Shown one piece after another: positions 33,240-33,479 of a DNA stretch of 33,479 nt. Each line of letters begins with the position of its first letter. Within the stretch, counting starts at the first letter, position 1. Location: NCBI GenBank assembly GCA_964588635.1, contig CAZPQP010000002.1:1-33479 (forward strand). The letters are read 5' to 3'. The translations under genes and the position numbers were made by a program. The notes under the pieces were generated by a model that was not told the origin of the DNA, did not search any database, and saw only the letters and a list, made by a program, of their open reading frames with translations. The stretch comes from an uncultured Bifidobacterium sp. GTDB lineage: Bacteria > Actinomycetota > Thermoleophilia > Gaiellales > F1-60-MAGs149.

Positions 33240-33479
33240 ATGGGAGCACCACGAAAGCAGCCTCTTCTGATCCGCCTGTCTGACAATGACAAGGCGTTTC
33301 TCCAACGCCTCGCCGACGCGCACTCTGTCTCGCTGGCCGCCGCGCTGCGGATGATCCTGCGCGGGCAGAACCTCACCGCGCCCGTGCGAGTCCGCGCCCG
33401 TGCGGCGACGCCTGCGCCCGCCGCGGACCCGCGTCAGCGCAGCCTCTTCGATCTGCTCGCGGAGGGCAATCAATCATGA
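33240..33479 (+). CDS. Ribbon-helix-helix (CopG/MobC-like) DNA-binding protein carrying the duplicated 35-aa tail.
   Basis: 79 aa. KQPLLIRLSDNDKAFLQRLADAHSVSLAAALRMILRG follows the RHH pattern. The C-terminal sequence LTAPVRVRARAATPAPAADPRQRSLFDLLAEGNQS is identical to the methyltransferase C-terminus. Confidence 0.65.
   Translation: MGAPRKQPLLIRLSDNDKAFLQRLADAHSVSLAAALRMILRGQNLTAPVRVRARAATPAPAADPRQRSLFDLLAEGNQS
33370..33479 (+). repeat. 110-bp direct repeat, copy 2 (3' end of the RHH gene). Its last 55 bp equal bases 1-55.
   Basis: Base-for-base identity with 32458-32567, at an offset of 912 bp. Confidence 0.95.

Noticed and set aside
1-33479. Search by eye for tRNA, rRNA, CRISPR arrays, reverse transcriptase or diversity-generating retroelements, integrase and transposase.
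   Set aside because: The intergenic space is tiny, and none of the gaps has cloverleaf-like or repeat-spacer structure. No RT-like (YxDD) ORF and no template/variable repeat pair were seen near the fibre genes. No integrase- or DDE-like protein was recognised. This is absence judged by eye only, and a profile search should confirm it.

Overview
The window looks like a complete, circularly closed tailed-phage genome of about 33.4 kb from a very GC-rich host. Bases 1-55 are identical to 33425-33479, so unique length would be 33,424 bp.

Almost all genes are on the + strand and are tightly coupled by GTGA/ATGA start-stop overlaps. In circular order they are:
- a replication and DNA-modification block: XRE-type HTH, multi-HTH protein, SF2 helicase, DNA methyltransferase, VRR-NUC nuclease, ORFan, RHH protein, primase-helicase
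- an iteron/AT-rich island
- small and large terminase
- a Mu-type head module: DUF935-type portal, MuF-like protein, gpI-like protease/scaffold, decoration protein, gpT-like capsid
- connector proteins
- a contractile tail: sheath, tube, frameshifted chaperone, tape measure
- a baseplate: hub/spike, gp25-like, J-like, I-like
- a fibre/host-range block made of ORFans
- a seven-gene lysis cassette
- a self-contained three-gene module: ParB-like protein, ORFan, HTH

One leftward early operon lies at 26250-28722 on the minus strand. It encodes an acidic Zn protein, RecT, a 48-aa membrane peptide, an SLT-like protein, a double Zn-ribbon protein and an ORFan. It diverges from the rightward genes at a symmetric operator/promoter region.

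I saw no integrase, transposase, tRNA, rRNA or CRISPR array.

All product calls come from motifs I recognise by eye in the translations. No database search was run.

The signals most worth follow-up are:
1. A dense GTAGC iteron array around an AT-rich island next to the primase-helicase gene, which is a candidate origin.
2. A perfect 110-bp direct repeat that gives the methyltransferase and an unrelated RHH protein the same 35-aa C-terminal tail. The tail contains a QRSLF motif resembling a sliding-clamp binding site. The repeat brackets a 3-gene cassette.
3. Mu-type head genes in a genome with no transposition or integration functions.
4. A methyltransferase whose motif IV reads DPPS rather than DPP plus an aromatic residue.
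5. A lysis cassette containing an HExxH protein and a Cys-rich lipoprotein.
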